From: a virus
Lineage: Duplodnaviria > Caudoviricetes
Virus record (IMG/VR): IMGVR_UViG_3300005611_000021
Location: 743 to 64,742 of that record
Length of the DNA: 64,000 nucleotides
Strand: one strand, 5' to 3'
Positions 43,781-52,271 of this stretch are shown here, one piece after another. Every line of letters begins with the position of its first letter. Positions within the stretch are counted from its first letter, which is position 1. Under the pieces are notes generated by a model. The model was given only the letters and a program-made list of their open reading frames with translations, had not been told where the DNA came from and ran no database searches. A program made the position numbers and the translations under genes.

Positions 43781-44052
43781 AGGCTTACATTCACCAGGGA
43801 TTTTTAGACTACCTTCTGAAGCAAGATGCGAAGAAGTATCAAGGATTGGTGAGCCAGGTACAGGAAGAGGGCGCACCCTCCGCGGAAGGCTATCAAATGG
43901 ATCGTGAGGACTGGGAGGATTTGCAGGTTGACTATGGCCTCAAGGAATGTCGTGGTGTGGGGGATGTTGTTGCTAAAGTTATCAAGCGTGTCACTGGGAT
44001 AAAACCATGCACCAGTTGCACAGAGCGCCGCCGAAAATGGAATAAAAAATGA
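43777..44052 (+). CDS. Small protein with CxxC (KPCTSCTERR)
   Basis: 91 aa, GTGA-coupled. Confidence 0.6.
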   Translation: MKAYIHQGFLDYLLKQDAKKYQGLVSQVQEEGAPSAEGYQMDREDWEDLQVDYGLKECRGVGDVVAKVIKRVTGIKPCTSCTERRRKWNKK

Positions 44053-44459
44053 TTGATCCCTCTTGTCTTCTCGCCCTTCTCACCTTGGGTATGGCTGATT
44101 CAACGCTGGACTGGCTAAAGGCCACGTCTGCCCTTGTGGGGATTGTCGTGGGGATTATTTCTCTATTTGCCGCAGCAGGTTCAATATCTGTCTTGTTCTA
44201 CCGGATGAGTCAGTCTGAGAAATCCATGAATGCTAATGAGGTGGAATGTGAGGCCCGTTTCAAAAAGCTGGAAGATAAATTGTCGAAAGAGATTTCCAGA
44301 ACTCATGAGCGCTTGGATCAGCATGAGGAAGATTACAAGCCTGTCCGAGATGCAGTGAAATCCATGCAGACAGATTTGAGGTGGATTAAACAACACATTC
44401 AAAACTTGATGAAGATTAAGATCCCACAGGATGACACAAAACCCCCACTCGGGGATTGA
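44049..44459 (+). CDS. Membrane protein with coiled coil (holin/XhlA-like candidate)
   Basis: TM LVGIVVGIISLFAAAGSISVLFY followed by a coiled coil. Confidence 0.5.
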   Translation: MIDPSCLLALLTLGMADSTLDWLKATSALVGIVVGIISLFAAAGSISVLFYRMSQSEKSMNANEVECEARFKKLEDKLSKEISRTHERLDQHEEDYKPVRDAVKSMQTDLRWIKQHIQNLMKIKIPQDDTKPPLGD

Positions 44460-44491
44460 CAAGTATTCTGCCACCCCTTTTCTGAGGGGAT

Positions 44492-45313
44492 ATGTTTTCG
44501 TCATTCTCCGCAGTGGCGACCCGCGAGGTAAAGAAAGAGGCGGCGATAATGGCATTTTCCGTTAGGTGTCATTATCACGATTGTCCAATTCTCTTCGTGT
44601 GTGACGCCGAAACAAGGGCTTATCTTGAGTCGAAGGAAATTCCCGGCCTCGAGTATTCCATGATAACTGAGGAGAGACTAAAGAAAGTTCGGGAAGATTA
44701 TGCTGAAATTCAGGCGGTAAACAACTTTCACCGTATCGACTGTATTGCCTTGAAGATGGAATGCCTCGGCGAGGCTGTCTTCAAATGGGGTGATACGATG
44801 TTTCTGGATACAGATATCATCCTTGGTCGCCCGATTCATGATTGCTTGAATGAGCGGGACGAAATCATCCTCTCTCCTCACTACAACTACCTCGATCGGG
44901 CCAAGAATTACCGCACTTATGGGGTTTTCAATGCCGGGTATATCTGGACGAAGGCGAGAAATGCTGGTGAAATCTGGAAAGAACTCTACCTTCATCGCTC
45001 TGACTTTTATGAGCAGCAAGGGATGATCTGGTTTTTTGAACACTTCCAGGTTGGCCAGTTTGATGAGCATCACAACATTGGATTCTGGCGAATGCCTCAG
45101 ATGACAACACAGATGCAGCGGACACCTACCCTCGATCCTTCTGTTGTGGATTGGGATAATGCACGGAGCTTCCATGCTCACATGATGCCAGAGTGCTATG
45201 TGAACGCGGATTTCGGCCTGAAGAGGGTTTACAATCAACACCGGGAAATCGTTTACAAGCGTTTACCCAAAGAAATCCAGGAGTATATCTATGCAGTTCA
45301 AGCCGACAAATAA
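44492..45313 (+). CDS. GT-A glycosyltransferase-like protein
   Basis: DxD motif FLDTDII; FNAGYIW; YEQQG. Confidence 0.7.
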   Translation: MFSSFSAVATREVKKEAAIMAFSVRCHYHDCPILFVCDAETRAYLESKEIPGLEYSMITEERLKKVREDYAEIQAVNNFHRIDCIALKMECLGEAVFKWGDTMFLDTDIILGRPIHDCLNERDEIILSPHYNYLDRAKNYRTYGVFNAGYIWTKARNAGEIWKELYLHRSDFYEQQGMIWFFEHFQVGQFDEHHNIGFWRMPQMTTQMQRTPTLDPSVVDWDNARSFHAHMMPECYVNADFGLKRVYNQHREIVYKRLPKEIQEYIYAVQADK

Positions 45314-46112
45314 TGCCGCCCTTGTGATCCCCATGTTCGGGAAGCGGGTCCAGGATGGAAAACCCGTCATCCGGTGGCCATACATTGACCTGTGGCTTTC
45401 CTCTATTGGCCGTCAACCCATGGATGTTTTATTCATCACGGACTATGACACGATTGGCCCCGTCCCTTCCAATGTGAAGGTGATCTCAATGGAGATGGAT
45501 GAAATTTATGATCGGGCTGAAGCGGCCTTCGATATCAAATTTGCCAACCGATTCGCATACAAGCTCTGTGACCTCAAATCCTTCTATGGGGCGATCTTCC
45601 ATGAGGAACTTCATCCTTATGATTTCTGGGGATACGGAGATTGCGATGTTCTTTATGGTCAACTACCGGAATTCGGCGACCATGATCTCTATTGCGGGTG
45701 TCATGAGAGACATGACATGGATATGGTGAAATCCAAGACCCCTCTCGGCCGATGGTTCATCCCTGGCCACTTTGTAATGATGCGGAACAATTCAGCCAGT
45801 CGAGACATTTTCGGCTATCTGCCGACGGCCGCATCCTTGTTGGCCGAGGGGGTCAACCGCTATATCGATGAGCATCTGACCCCTACTGTTCTCCGTCACA
45901 TCTTCAAAGAAGATCGCCGCTGCGAGATCCGGGCGAATGATTATCAATACCTCGGGAATGCGGATATCCAGATTTATGATGGTCTTCTCTCGATTAACGG
46001 GAAGCAAGCTCACTACATCCATTTCTATAAACACAAAAATCAAATTATTACCCCTGATTGGCGGGAGATTCCTTCCTGCTTTAATGTGAGGGGATATGTT
46101 CAGGAGTCATGA
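45291..46112 (+). CDS. DUF6625-like glycosyltransferase
   Basis: YKLCDLK; DFWGYGDCDVLYG; GHF. Confidence 0.7.
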   Translation: MQFKPTNNAALVIPMFGKRVQDGKPVIRWPYIDLWLSSIGRQPMDVLFITDYDTIGPVPSNVKVISMEMDEIYDRAEAAFDIKFANRFAYKLCDLKSFYGAIFHEELHPYDFWGYGDCDVLYGQLPEFGDHDLYCGCHERHDMDMVKSKTPLGRWFIPGHFVMMRNNSASRDIFGYLPTAASLLAEGVNRYIDEHLTPTVLRHIFKEDRRCEIRANDYQYLGNADIQIYDGLLSINGKQAHYIHFYKHKNQIITPDWREIPSCFNVRGYVQES

Positions 46113-46945
46113 GTGGTATCTACACAGGAAAACCAAGCGGTCGCACAGGGAATCAAATCTTTCAATTCTGTGTTGGCCATATTCTTGCATCCGGCCTGGG
46201 TGTTGGATTTGAGTCATTCCCGATCAAGGGGCATCCTGGCCTTGTGTCTTCGCAACCAGGGATTCCGGATAGGGAGAGGCTTAACCGGCTCAAGCTGAAG
46301 TTTCGTGGCCATGGAGGGAAGTTTCGGCCATGGGCGGATGTGATGAAGTCTGCCAAGGAGCATAAGGGGGTTTCTGTTATTGGTGCGGGTCCACAGAATA
46401 TCCAGTACATCAAGCCTTACCGGGATCACATCCGAAAGTGGCTCGGGTATGACAAGGCGGGGGAATCCATTAAGGAGATCCTTTGCCATGTTCGCCTTAC
46501 GGATTATGTGAATCTCAAATGGGCGATGACCCCGGAATACTATCTGTTGATTCTCCGTAGATTCAAGAAGGGGCTTCCAAATGTCCCTGTTCGGATTGTG
46601 ACGGATGAGCCTAATCATCCCATGTTATCTGTCTTCGATGAGTTTGATGGTGAGGTCTTGGATCTGAACCCGGAAGAGACATTGAATCGCTTAGCGAGAT
46701 CCATCTGGGTCATCATGCCTCAAAGCACATTTTCGTTCTGGCCTGTCTGGACATCAAAGAACCTGGCTCAAGCCTGGATGCCATTGCCAAATAACTCCGT
46801 TTGGTCTCCTCATGTTCGTTATGACAAGTATGGAACCCGTTTCGATTTTGTGGATCTCTATGATCCGGATGTTTTCACTCCTGTCTATGGGGCAGAAACC
46901 ATCAAAGAGCGGCCTGAACAGCTTTGGGGGGATGTTCGCAAGTGA
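46109..46945 (+). CDS. Alpha-1,2-fucosyltransferase-like (GT11)
   Basis: GRTGNQIFQ; HVRLTDY; STFSFW. Confidence 0.8.
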   Translation: MSGIYTGKPSGRTGNQIFQFCVGHILASGLGVGFESFPIKGHPGLVSSQPGIPDRERLNRLKLKFRGHGGKFRPWADVMKSAKEHKGVSVIGAGPQNIQYIKPYRDHIRKWLGYDKAGESIKEILCHVRLTDYVNLKWAMTPEYYLLILRRFKKGLPNVPVRIVTDEPNHPMLSVFDEFDGEVLDLNPEETLNRLARSIWVIMPQSTFSFWPVWTSKNLAQAWMPLPNNSVWSPHVRYDKYGTRFDFVDLYDPDVFTPVYGAETIKERPEQLWGDVRK

Positions 46946-47679
46946 TTGATGTTGTTACACCTCTCGGCCCCAACGACAAGATTCAGGGGCAACTTCCCTA
47001 CACGCGGGAGAATGTCATCGGTATTCGTGACCATTACGTTGTGACTCGGTTCTCCGGGTGTGAGCATGGTGAAGAGGAATGCCGTTGGAAGATGGCGAAC
47101 TTCACCCCGGAATCGATCTTTCCTTTCTCTTGGCAGGATATTTATGATGCCGGGGCATTTCGTCAGCCTGGTCGTGTAGGCTGGTATCTTCAGCAACTCA
47201 TCAAGTTGTATGCCTGGAAAGTGATTCCTGGTCTTTCTGATCCCTATCTTGTGCTTGATGCGGATACCCATTTGCTTCGGCCCTTAAATTTCCACGAGGA
47301 GGGGGTTTTGCTATTTACTAAGGCGTATGAGTGGCACAAGCCATACTTTAGACACATGGAGCGACTACACCCCTTCCTTGAGCGAATGCAAAACGCATCC
47401 GGGGTTGCTCATCACATGCCGATGAGTCACGAAGTCCTGGCATCTCTTTTCAATCTTGTTGAGGATCATCATGGCTGTCCCTTCTGGGAAGCCTTTATGA
47501 AGTGTGTGGACCCTCAAGAGCGGGGTGGCTCCGGGGCATCCGAGTATGAGATTGTCTTCAACTACACCCAAAAGTTCTTCCCTGATATGTTCCGGCTTCG
47601 AAATCTCAACTGGAGGAACGTGAAAAGAATCCCCGATGAGGAGGATCTGGATTTCATTTCAAAACACTGGTATCTATGA
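46942..47679 (+). CDS. DUF6492-like glycosyltransferase
   Basis: GTG start overlapping the upstream stop; GWYLQQLIKLY; LVLDADT; SEYE. Confidence 0.7.
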   Translation: MIDVVTPLGPNDKIQGQLPYTRENVIGIRDHYVVTRFSGCEHGEEECRWKMANFTPESIFPFSWQDIYDAGAFRQPGRVGWYLQQLIKLYAWKVIPGLSDPYLVLDADTHLLRPLNFHEEGVLLFTKAYEWHKPYFRHMERLHPFLERMQNASGVAHHMPMSHEVLASLFNLVEDHHGCPFWEAFMKCVDPQERGGSGASEYEIVFNYTQKFFPDMFRLRNLNWRNVKRIPDEEDLDFISKHWYL

Positions 47680-48251
47680 ACGAACAAACCGAAAAACCTC
47701 GTTTCTATGTCTGCTCTTATGGTGGATGTGGCTCCACAATGCTAACCAATATCCTGCGAGCTCATGGCCCGGCGCATCACATCCATGACAGGAATCCGCC
47801 AAGAGAGCTTTGCCTTCCTGATGGTGAACACTTTGGCAACACTGTTGATCCAAACCCGGATCTTGCCCGTGTGGTCTTCATCTACTCGAGACCTGAGTAT
47901 TCCCAGGCCACATCCTGCGCATGGGGGTTGGTTCATTGGCGAAACATTGGTGTCAAGCATCCCAATACCATCGTTCAGGATCGGAAAAAGTATGCTGAAC
48001 AAAATACTGACCGGATTGGCCTCGAGGAGTTTTTCAATAACTACTTTGAACACCGGACCCGCAACTACCGGATCATCTTCGTGAATTATCACGAGCTTTG
48101 GAGATATGAGATGGAGTTTTTTCGGATGTTGGGAGTGCGAGGCCAGTTGCCTCCATTGCGAGAAAACCCGAATCGGGTAATCCACAAGATGTCCTGCTTC
48201 GATGGCTTCAATGCCAAGATCGATTCCCTTCCACCTCTTTTCGTTAAATGA
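47676..48251 (+). CDS. Sulfotransferase-like protein
   Basis: SYGGCGSTML 5'-phosphosulfate-loop-like motif; FVNYHEL. Confidence 0.6.
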   Translation: MNEQTEKPRFYVCSYGGCGSTMLTNILRAHGPAHHIHDRNPPRELCLPDGEHFGNTVDPNPDLARVVFIYSRPEYSQATSCAWGLVHWRNIGVKHPNTIVQDRKKYAEQNTDRIGLEEFFNNYFEHRTRNYRIIFVNYHELWRYEMEFFRMLGVRGQLPPLRENPNRVIHKMSCFDGFNAKIDSLPPLFVK

Positions 48252-49048
48252 AGACTACACCCGGCCCTAAAGTTATCCATACGAGCATTGGGTTCTTTTC
48301 CATTTGCTCACTTGGTTTGAATCTCATTGTCCAGCGATACAATCATCGAAAACTCGCACCCCTCCCAGATTTCTCAGAGACATTCCATCTCTACCGGGAT
48401 CATGAGGGTCAGGATGTTTACAGAGAGCTTTTTATGGAGCGTGATGATGTTCTTCTTCCTCCTGTCTCGCCTTCCCAGAAGTATTTTGCCCCAAGGGATT
48501 CCAAACACTCCTATAAGGACAGTGAGGATCAGGAGGCGTTGACGCCATTTGTTCACCGGTATTTTACCCCGGACCCGGCAACCTTTCATCGCATGGCTGA
48601 TTTTGGGGAAAAGTACCAGATTCACACAGGGAGAACCCTGGCAGTGTGTTTTCGTGGTACGGACAAATTTACGGAGGTCCAGGAACCCGAGTATGGATTC
48701 TTCCTTTCCCCAGTGGATGAGATGTTGGAAAAGCTCTCACTGGATAGGATCTTGATCCAGACAGATCAACAACAGTTTGTTGATTTTGCCAAAGAGCGGT
48801 ATGGCGGCCGCGTTGTGACCATTGATGAGATCCCTCGCACCAAGACAAAGACTCAAGTGGCCAAGCTCATCCCGGAAGGCCAGCGTGTAGAGGCCGCTCG
48901 AGACTTCCTTGCTGTCATGATAATGATGTCCTTGTGTAAGGGTGTCATCACTCACACCGGGAATGTCGGCCGATGGATTCCCCTCTTTCGTGGATGCACA
49001 AAGAACCTGGTTCAAATCTGGGGTGATAGAAGGATTGATGACTTATGA
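48248..49048 (+). CDS. NodZ/GT23-like fucosyltransferase
   Basis: AVCFRGTDK; ILIQTD; MSLCKGVITHTGNVGRW. Confidence 0.7.
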   Translation: MKTTPGPKVIHTSIGFFSICSLGLNLIVQRYNHRKLAPLPDFSETFHLYRDHEGQDVYRELFMERDDVLLPPVSPSQKYFAPRDSKHSYKDSEDQEALTPFVHRYFTPDPATFHRMADFGEKYQIHTGRTLAVCFRGTDKFTEVQEPEYGFFLSPVDEMLEKLSLDRILIQTDQQQFVDFAKERYGGRVVTIDEIPRTKTKTQVAKLIPEGQRVEAARDFLAVMIMMSLCKGVITHTGNVGRWIPLFRGCTKNLVQIWGDRRIDDL

Positions 49049-49359
49049 TTCAGGAAGTCATCCAAAGAGTTGCAAGGCATTTCAAGATGCCTGTTGAGGA
49101 TCTGACAGGCCGAAGCCGTCCAGATGCCTTGGTTGTTCCCCGACAAATGTGCTACCTCTTTTGTCGTTCTCTTGGTTGGTCAACTCTTGATGTTGGGAAG
49201 GCGTTTGGGCGATGCCATACCACCATTGTCAAGGGATGTCAGGAGATGGAAGGCCGCATGGGTGTGGATGCCCGGTTGCAACGAAAATACAGAAGCCTTT
49301 GCAAAAAGAATCAATGGAAGAAATTTGTAAAAAGATGTTTGACAAATGAAATCACTTAA
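49045..49359 (+). CDS. Stand-alone DnaA C-terminal (domain IV) HTH protein
   Basis: PRQMCYL...STLDVGKAFGRCHTTIV resembles DnaA box-binding domain. Confidence 0.75.
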   Translation: MIQEVIQRVARHFKMPVEDLTGRSRPDALVVPRQMCYLFCRSLGWSTLDVGKAFGRCHTTIVKGCQEMEGRMGVDARLQRKYRSLCKKNQWKKFVKRCLTNEIT

Positions 49360-49394
49360 TACACAAGTGTAATCCTAACCTAAACCGAAAACCT

Positions 49395-50228
49395 ATGACT
49401 GATGAGAACCAAGCCCTCCCTGTGGAGGCACTTAGTAATGAATCTGTTGCTCTCCAGCGTGGAGAGCCAAGTGAGTCTTTAGATCTTTACGCCAATTTTG
49501 GTGCGCAATGGGAAGCTATTGAGAACTTCGGGAGGGCGATCGCCCTCAGTGGTATGTGTGGCTGCGAGAAGCCTGAGCAGGGTACGATCATCGCATTCAC
49601 TTGTATGGCGGAAAAGATCACTCCGATTGAGTTTGGTCGCATTTATGACCTTATTCTCGGAAAGCCGACGATGAAGGCTGCCACCATGCTCGCAAAGCTT
49701 CGCACAGACTATGGTGGAGACTTCGAATGGACGGAGGTTGGGGATGATGGCCAGCGAGCCACGCTCAAGCTCTGGTATCGCAACAAGGAGCTCGCACCAG
49801 TCTCTTATACATGGGAGGAAGCCAGTAAGGTTGTCGTTAATGGAAAACCATTGATTCAGAAGGACAACTGGGTGAATAATCCAGGGGCGATGCTTCGTGC
49901 TCGTTGTGTAACCAAGGCTCTCCGTATGCACGTCCCGGAAATTGCAGCTGGAATCTATGATCCAGATGAGCTTTCAGATGCCACAAGTGCGGTTAGAAAC
50001 ATGATGTCTCAGCCTGTAACCAAAGAGGAACCCAGTCGTGATTGGCTTAGTGACCTCAAGGATAAGTTGGAGAACTGCTCTGATTCGATCCGGGAGAATG
50101 CCACTGCTCGCATTCTCAAGCGATTCAAAGTCGCAGAACTCGACTCCCTCGGGCCAGCCCAGGCCAAGAAGGTTGTTGAGGCTTGGGACGCATTCATGGA
50201 TGACTTGGCAAAAGGCGAGAAGAAGTGA
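49395..50228 (+). CDS. RecT-like single-strand annealing protein
   Basis: LILGKPTMKA; NWVNNPGAMLRARCVTKALR...AGIYDPDE. Confidence 0.75.
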   Translation: MTDENQALPVEALSNESVALQRGEPSESLDLYANFGAQWEAIENFGRAIALSGMCGCEKPEQGTIIAFTCMAEKITPIEFGRIYDLILGKPTMKAATMLAKLRTDYGGDFEWTEVGDDGQRATLKLWYRNKELAPVSYTWEEASKVVVNGKPLIQKDNWVNNPGAMLRARCVTKALRMHVPEIAAGIYDPDELSDATSAVRNMMSQPVTKEEPSRDWLSDLKDKLENCSDSIRENATARILKRFKVAELDSLGPAQAKKVVEAWDAFMDDLAKGEKK

Positions 50229-51280
50229 GTGAGGTTATTGTAAATGATTCTCCCGTAGGGCATCACAGACTACGGCCATCTTCATTCCCTGCCAAATCTC
50301 GTTGCGGCCGCTACACTCCTGATGGGGGTAGTAAGTTTTCCGTAAGCGGGAATGTTCAACACAAGATCTTTGCCTCCCTCTTCAAAGGGGAACTTCCGAT
50401 CTTCCTTGAGGAAGTCACTGAGTATGAGATGGAGGGGCTTCATTGGGCGCATAAGGTTGTCATGAGTGAAGCTCGCGAGGGGGAGACGGTCGAGATCGAG
50501 CGGCCGCTGTCCTTCTACAATGATAAGATGCAGGAGGTTTATGCTGGCACCGTTGATGTCGTTGTTGGACCCAACAAGATCTATGACCTCAAGGCAGGGG
50601 AAGAACATGCGTACTGGGCGCAGATGGCCGGGTATGCTCTTGCTCTTATGGATGAGGTTGGGTCGGATTACGTCGATGTGACTGTTCTTTACTCCCGCTA
50701 CAAAAGAAAACGGAAGTACACGATTACCCGACAGGCCGCGGAATATGTGATCTGTGATATCATCGTCAAATCAGAAGATCCAGATGCTCTTGAGGTGCCG
50801 AATGAATTCTGTCATTGGTGTGGTCGCATTACTGAATGTCAGGCCATCAAGGATCGGACGAACATCGTGGCCGCTCACATGGATTGGGATCTTGATTCAT
50901 TTAATGTCTCTAAATTGGGGGAAGATCCCTATGCGTTATCCAAGGCACTTACCCTTTCCCGACTCCTCAAGAAGTGGGGGTCAGCGGTTGAAGCTCTTGC
51001 CAAGGGTCTCGAGACGCCTCCACCAGGATTTTATTTCAAGGAAACCTCCGGCCGGAAATCAATCAAGGATGCTGTGGCTTGCTACAAGCGATCCGGGTTG
51101 AGCGATGAGGCCATTTTGCGATGCTGTAATGTCAGCATGACCAAATTGGTCGATGAATTCCGTGAAGGTCTGGGTGTTACCAAGAAAGAAGCCTTAGAAA
51201 TCGTTCAGGAGAAAATGAGCGATATCATCACAATAACCAAGTCTTACAAGACCCTCGAACCGGAAAAATCAATCAAGTAG
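50225..51280 (+). CDS. PD-(D/E)xK nuclease (DUF2800/Cas4-like)
   Basis: LRPSS...C; GTVD...DLKAG; QMAGYAL; CHWC...C. Confidence 0.8.
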   Translation: MSEVIVNDSPVGHHRLRPSSFPAKSRCGRYTPDGGSKFSVSGNVQHKIFASLFKGELPIFLEEVTEYEMEGLHWAHKVVMSEAREGETVEIERPLSFYNDKMQEVYAGTVDVVVGPNKIYDLKAGEEHAYWAQMAGYALALMDEVGSDYVDVTVLYSRYKRKRKYTITRQAAEYVICDIIVKSEDPDALEVPNEFCHWCGRITECQAIKDRTNIVAAHMDWDLDSFNVSKLGEDPYALSKALTLSRLLKKWGSAVEALAKGLETPPPGFYFKETSGRKSIKDAVACYKRSGLSDEAILRCCNVSMTKLVDEFREGLGVTKKEALEIVQEKMSDIITITKSYKTLEPEKSIK

Positions 51281-51282
51281 CC

Positions 51283-51717
51283 ATGCCACAATACACATAC
51301 ACTGATGCTGACCCCAACACGGTCACATACATCCCTCCTGGGGAATACACCATTGTCGTTATCGAATTCAGCTTTGGTCTGTCTAGTAGCGGGAATGAGA
51401 AGATGGATCTCAAGTATCGTGTGAAGGAAACAGGAACCATCCTGAAGGATACCTTCACCTTCACCCCGAAGTCTCAATGGAAGTTCGACATCCTTCTCAA
51501 GTGTGTCACTCCCTCCAAAGGGATTGATTTGCCGGAAAAAGGAAAGTCGATCACCGTTGATGATGCGTTCTGCCATAAATACCTCATGGGGGGCAGTGGC
51601 CGGGTCGCGGTACAGGATGACATCTATCAGAATCAAACTCGCTCCAAGATCTTTTCTTACCATGGAGCCGCTGAATCTACATCTCAAGCTCAAGCTCCAA
51701 CTCCAGAATTTTTTTAA
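51283..51717 (+). CDS. DUF669-like ssDNA-binding protein
   Basis: IPPGEY; SSSGNEKM; flexible C-terminal tail ending EFF. Confidence 0.7.
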   Translation: MPQYTYTDADPNTVTYIPPGEYTIVVIEFSFGLSSSGNEKMDLKYRVKETGTILKDTFTFTPKSQWKFDILLKCVTPSKGIDLPEKGKSITVDDAFCHKYLMGGSGRVAVQDDIYQNQTRSKIFSYHGAAESTSQAQAPTPEFF

Positions 51718-51720
51718 GTT

Positions 51721-52056
51721 ATGGAAATCGCATCTGAAATCCTCGAATACATTCACAACATCATGGCTGGAATCGGTTGGCTTGTCGTCGTCCTGTTTGC
51801 CTTCCTGATGATTTTCGGGTTCTTTATGGCCCGACAGACCAAGAAGCAGGAGATGCAAGATCTCGCAGCATGGGAAGCGTCTCTTGATCCCGAGAGACGC
51901 AAGGAGCGGATTGACGCTCTCCTCGCTGAAGTGGAAGAACACACAGAAATCCTCAAACATCAACGACAGGAATTTAATGGCCAAGCCAACAGCAAAGAGG
52001 GCAAGGAAACCCAAAGTGGCTCCAAACCCGACATGGACCCCACAACGGACGCATGA
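51721..52056 (+). CDS. Membrane protein with coiled coil
   Basis: TM IGWLVVVLFAFLMIFGFFM. Confidence 0.6.
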   Translation: MEIASEILEYIHNIMAGIGWLVVVLFAFLMIFGFFMARQTKKQEMQDLAAWEASLDPERRKERIDALLAEVEEHTEILKHQRQEFNGQANSKEGKETQSGSKPDMDPTTDA

Positions 52057-52258
52057 GCTCAGGGCGGCCTATGACATGGCCGTCCAGTCAGGTCTTCACC
52101 CGAAATCCGCTCAAGATAAATTTGAGTGCAATGGCCAGGAATACACAACCGGATGGGCATACTTCCTTTTGGAGTATCTTGAGACGGTAGTTTTCTGGCC
52201 GCCACAATCACGACTCTACACACAAAACACACAACCTCTCCCTCCTCCGGGAGAATAA
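51977..52258 (+). CDS. Small hypothetical phage protein
   Basis: Probable start MAKPT; ELRAAY...FECNGQEY..GWAYFLLEYL pattern. Confidence 0.55.
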   Translation: MAKPTAKRARKPKVAPNPTWTPQRTHELRAAYDMAVQSGLHPKSAQDKFECNGQEYTTGWAYFLLEYLETVVFWPPQSRLYTQNTQPLPPPGE

Positions 52259-52271
52259 CAAGACTAGCCTT

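Noticed and set aside
50225-51280. Cas4 as part of a CRISPR system
   Set aside because: Context (RecT-like, DUF669, primase-helicase) is the standard phage recombination module.
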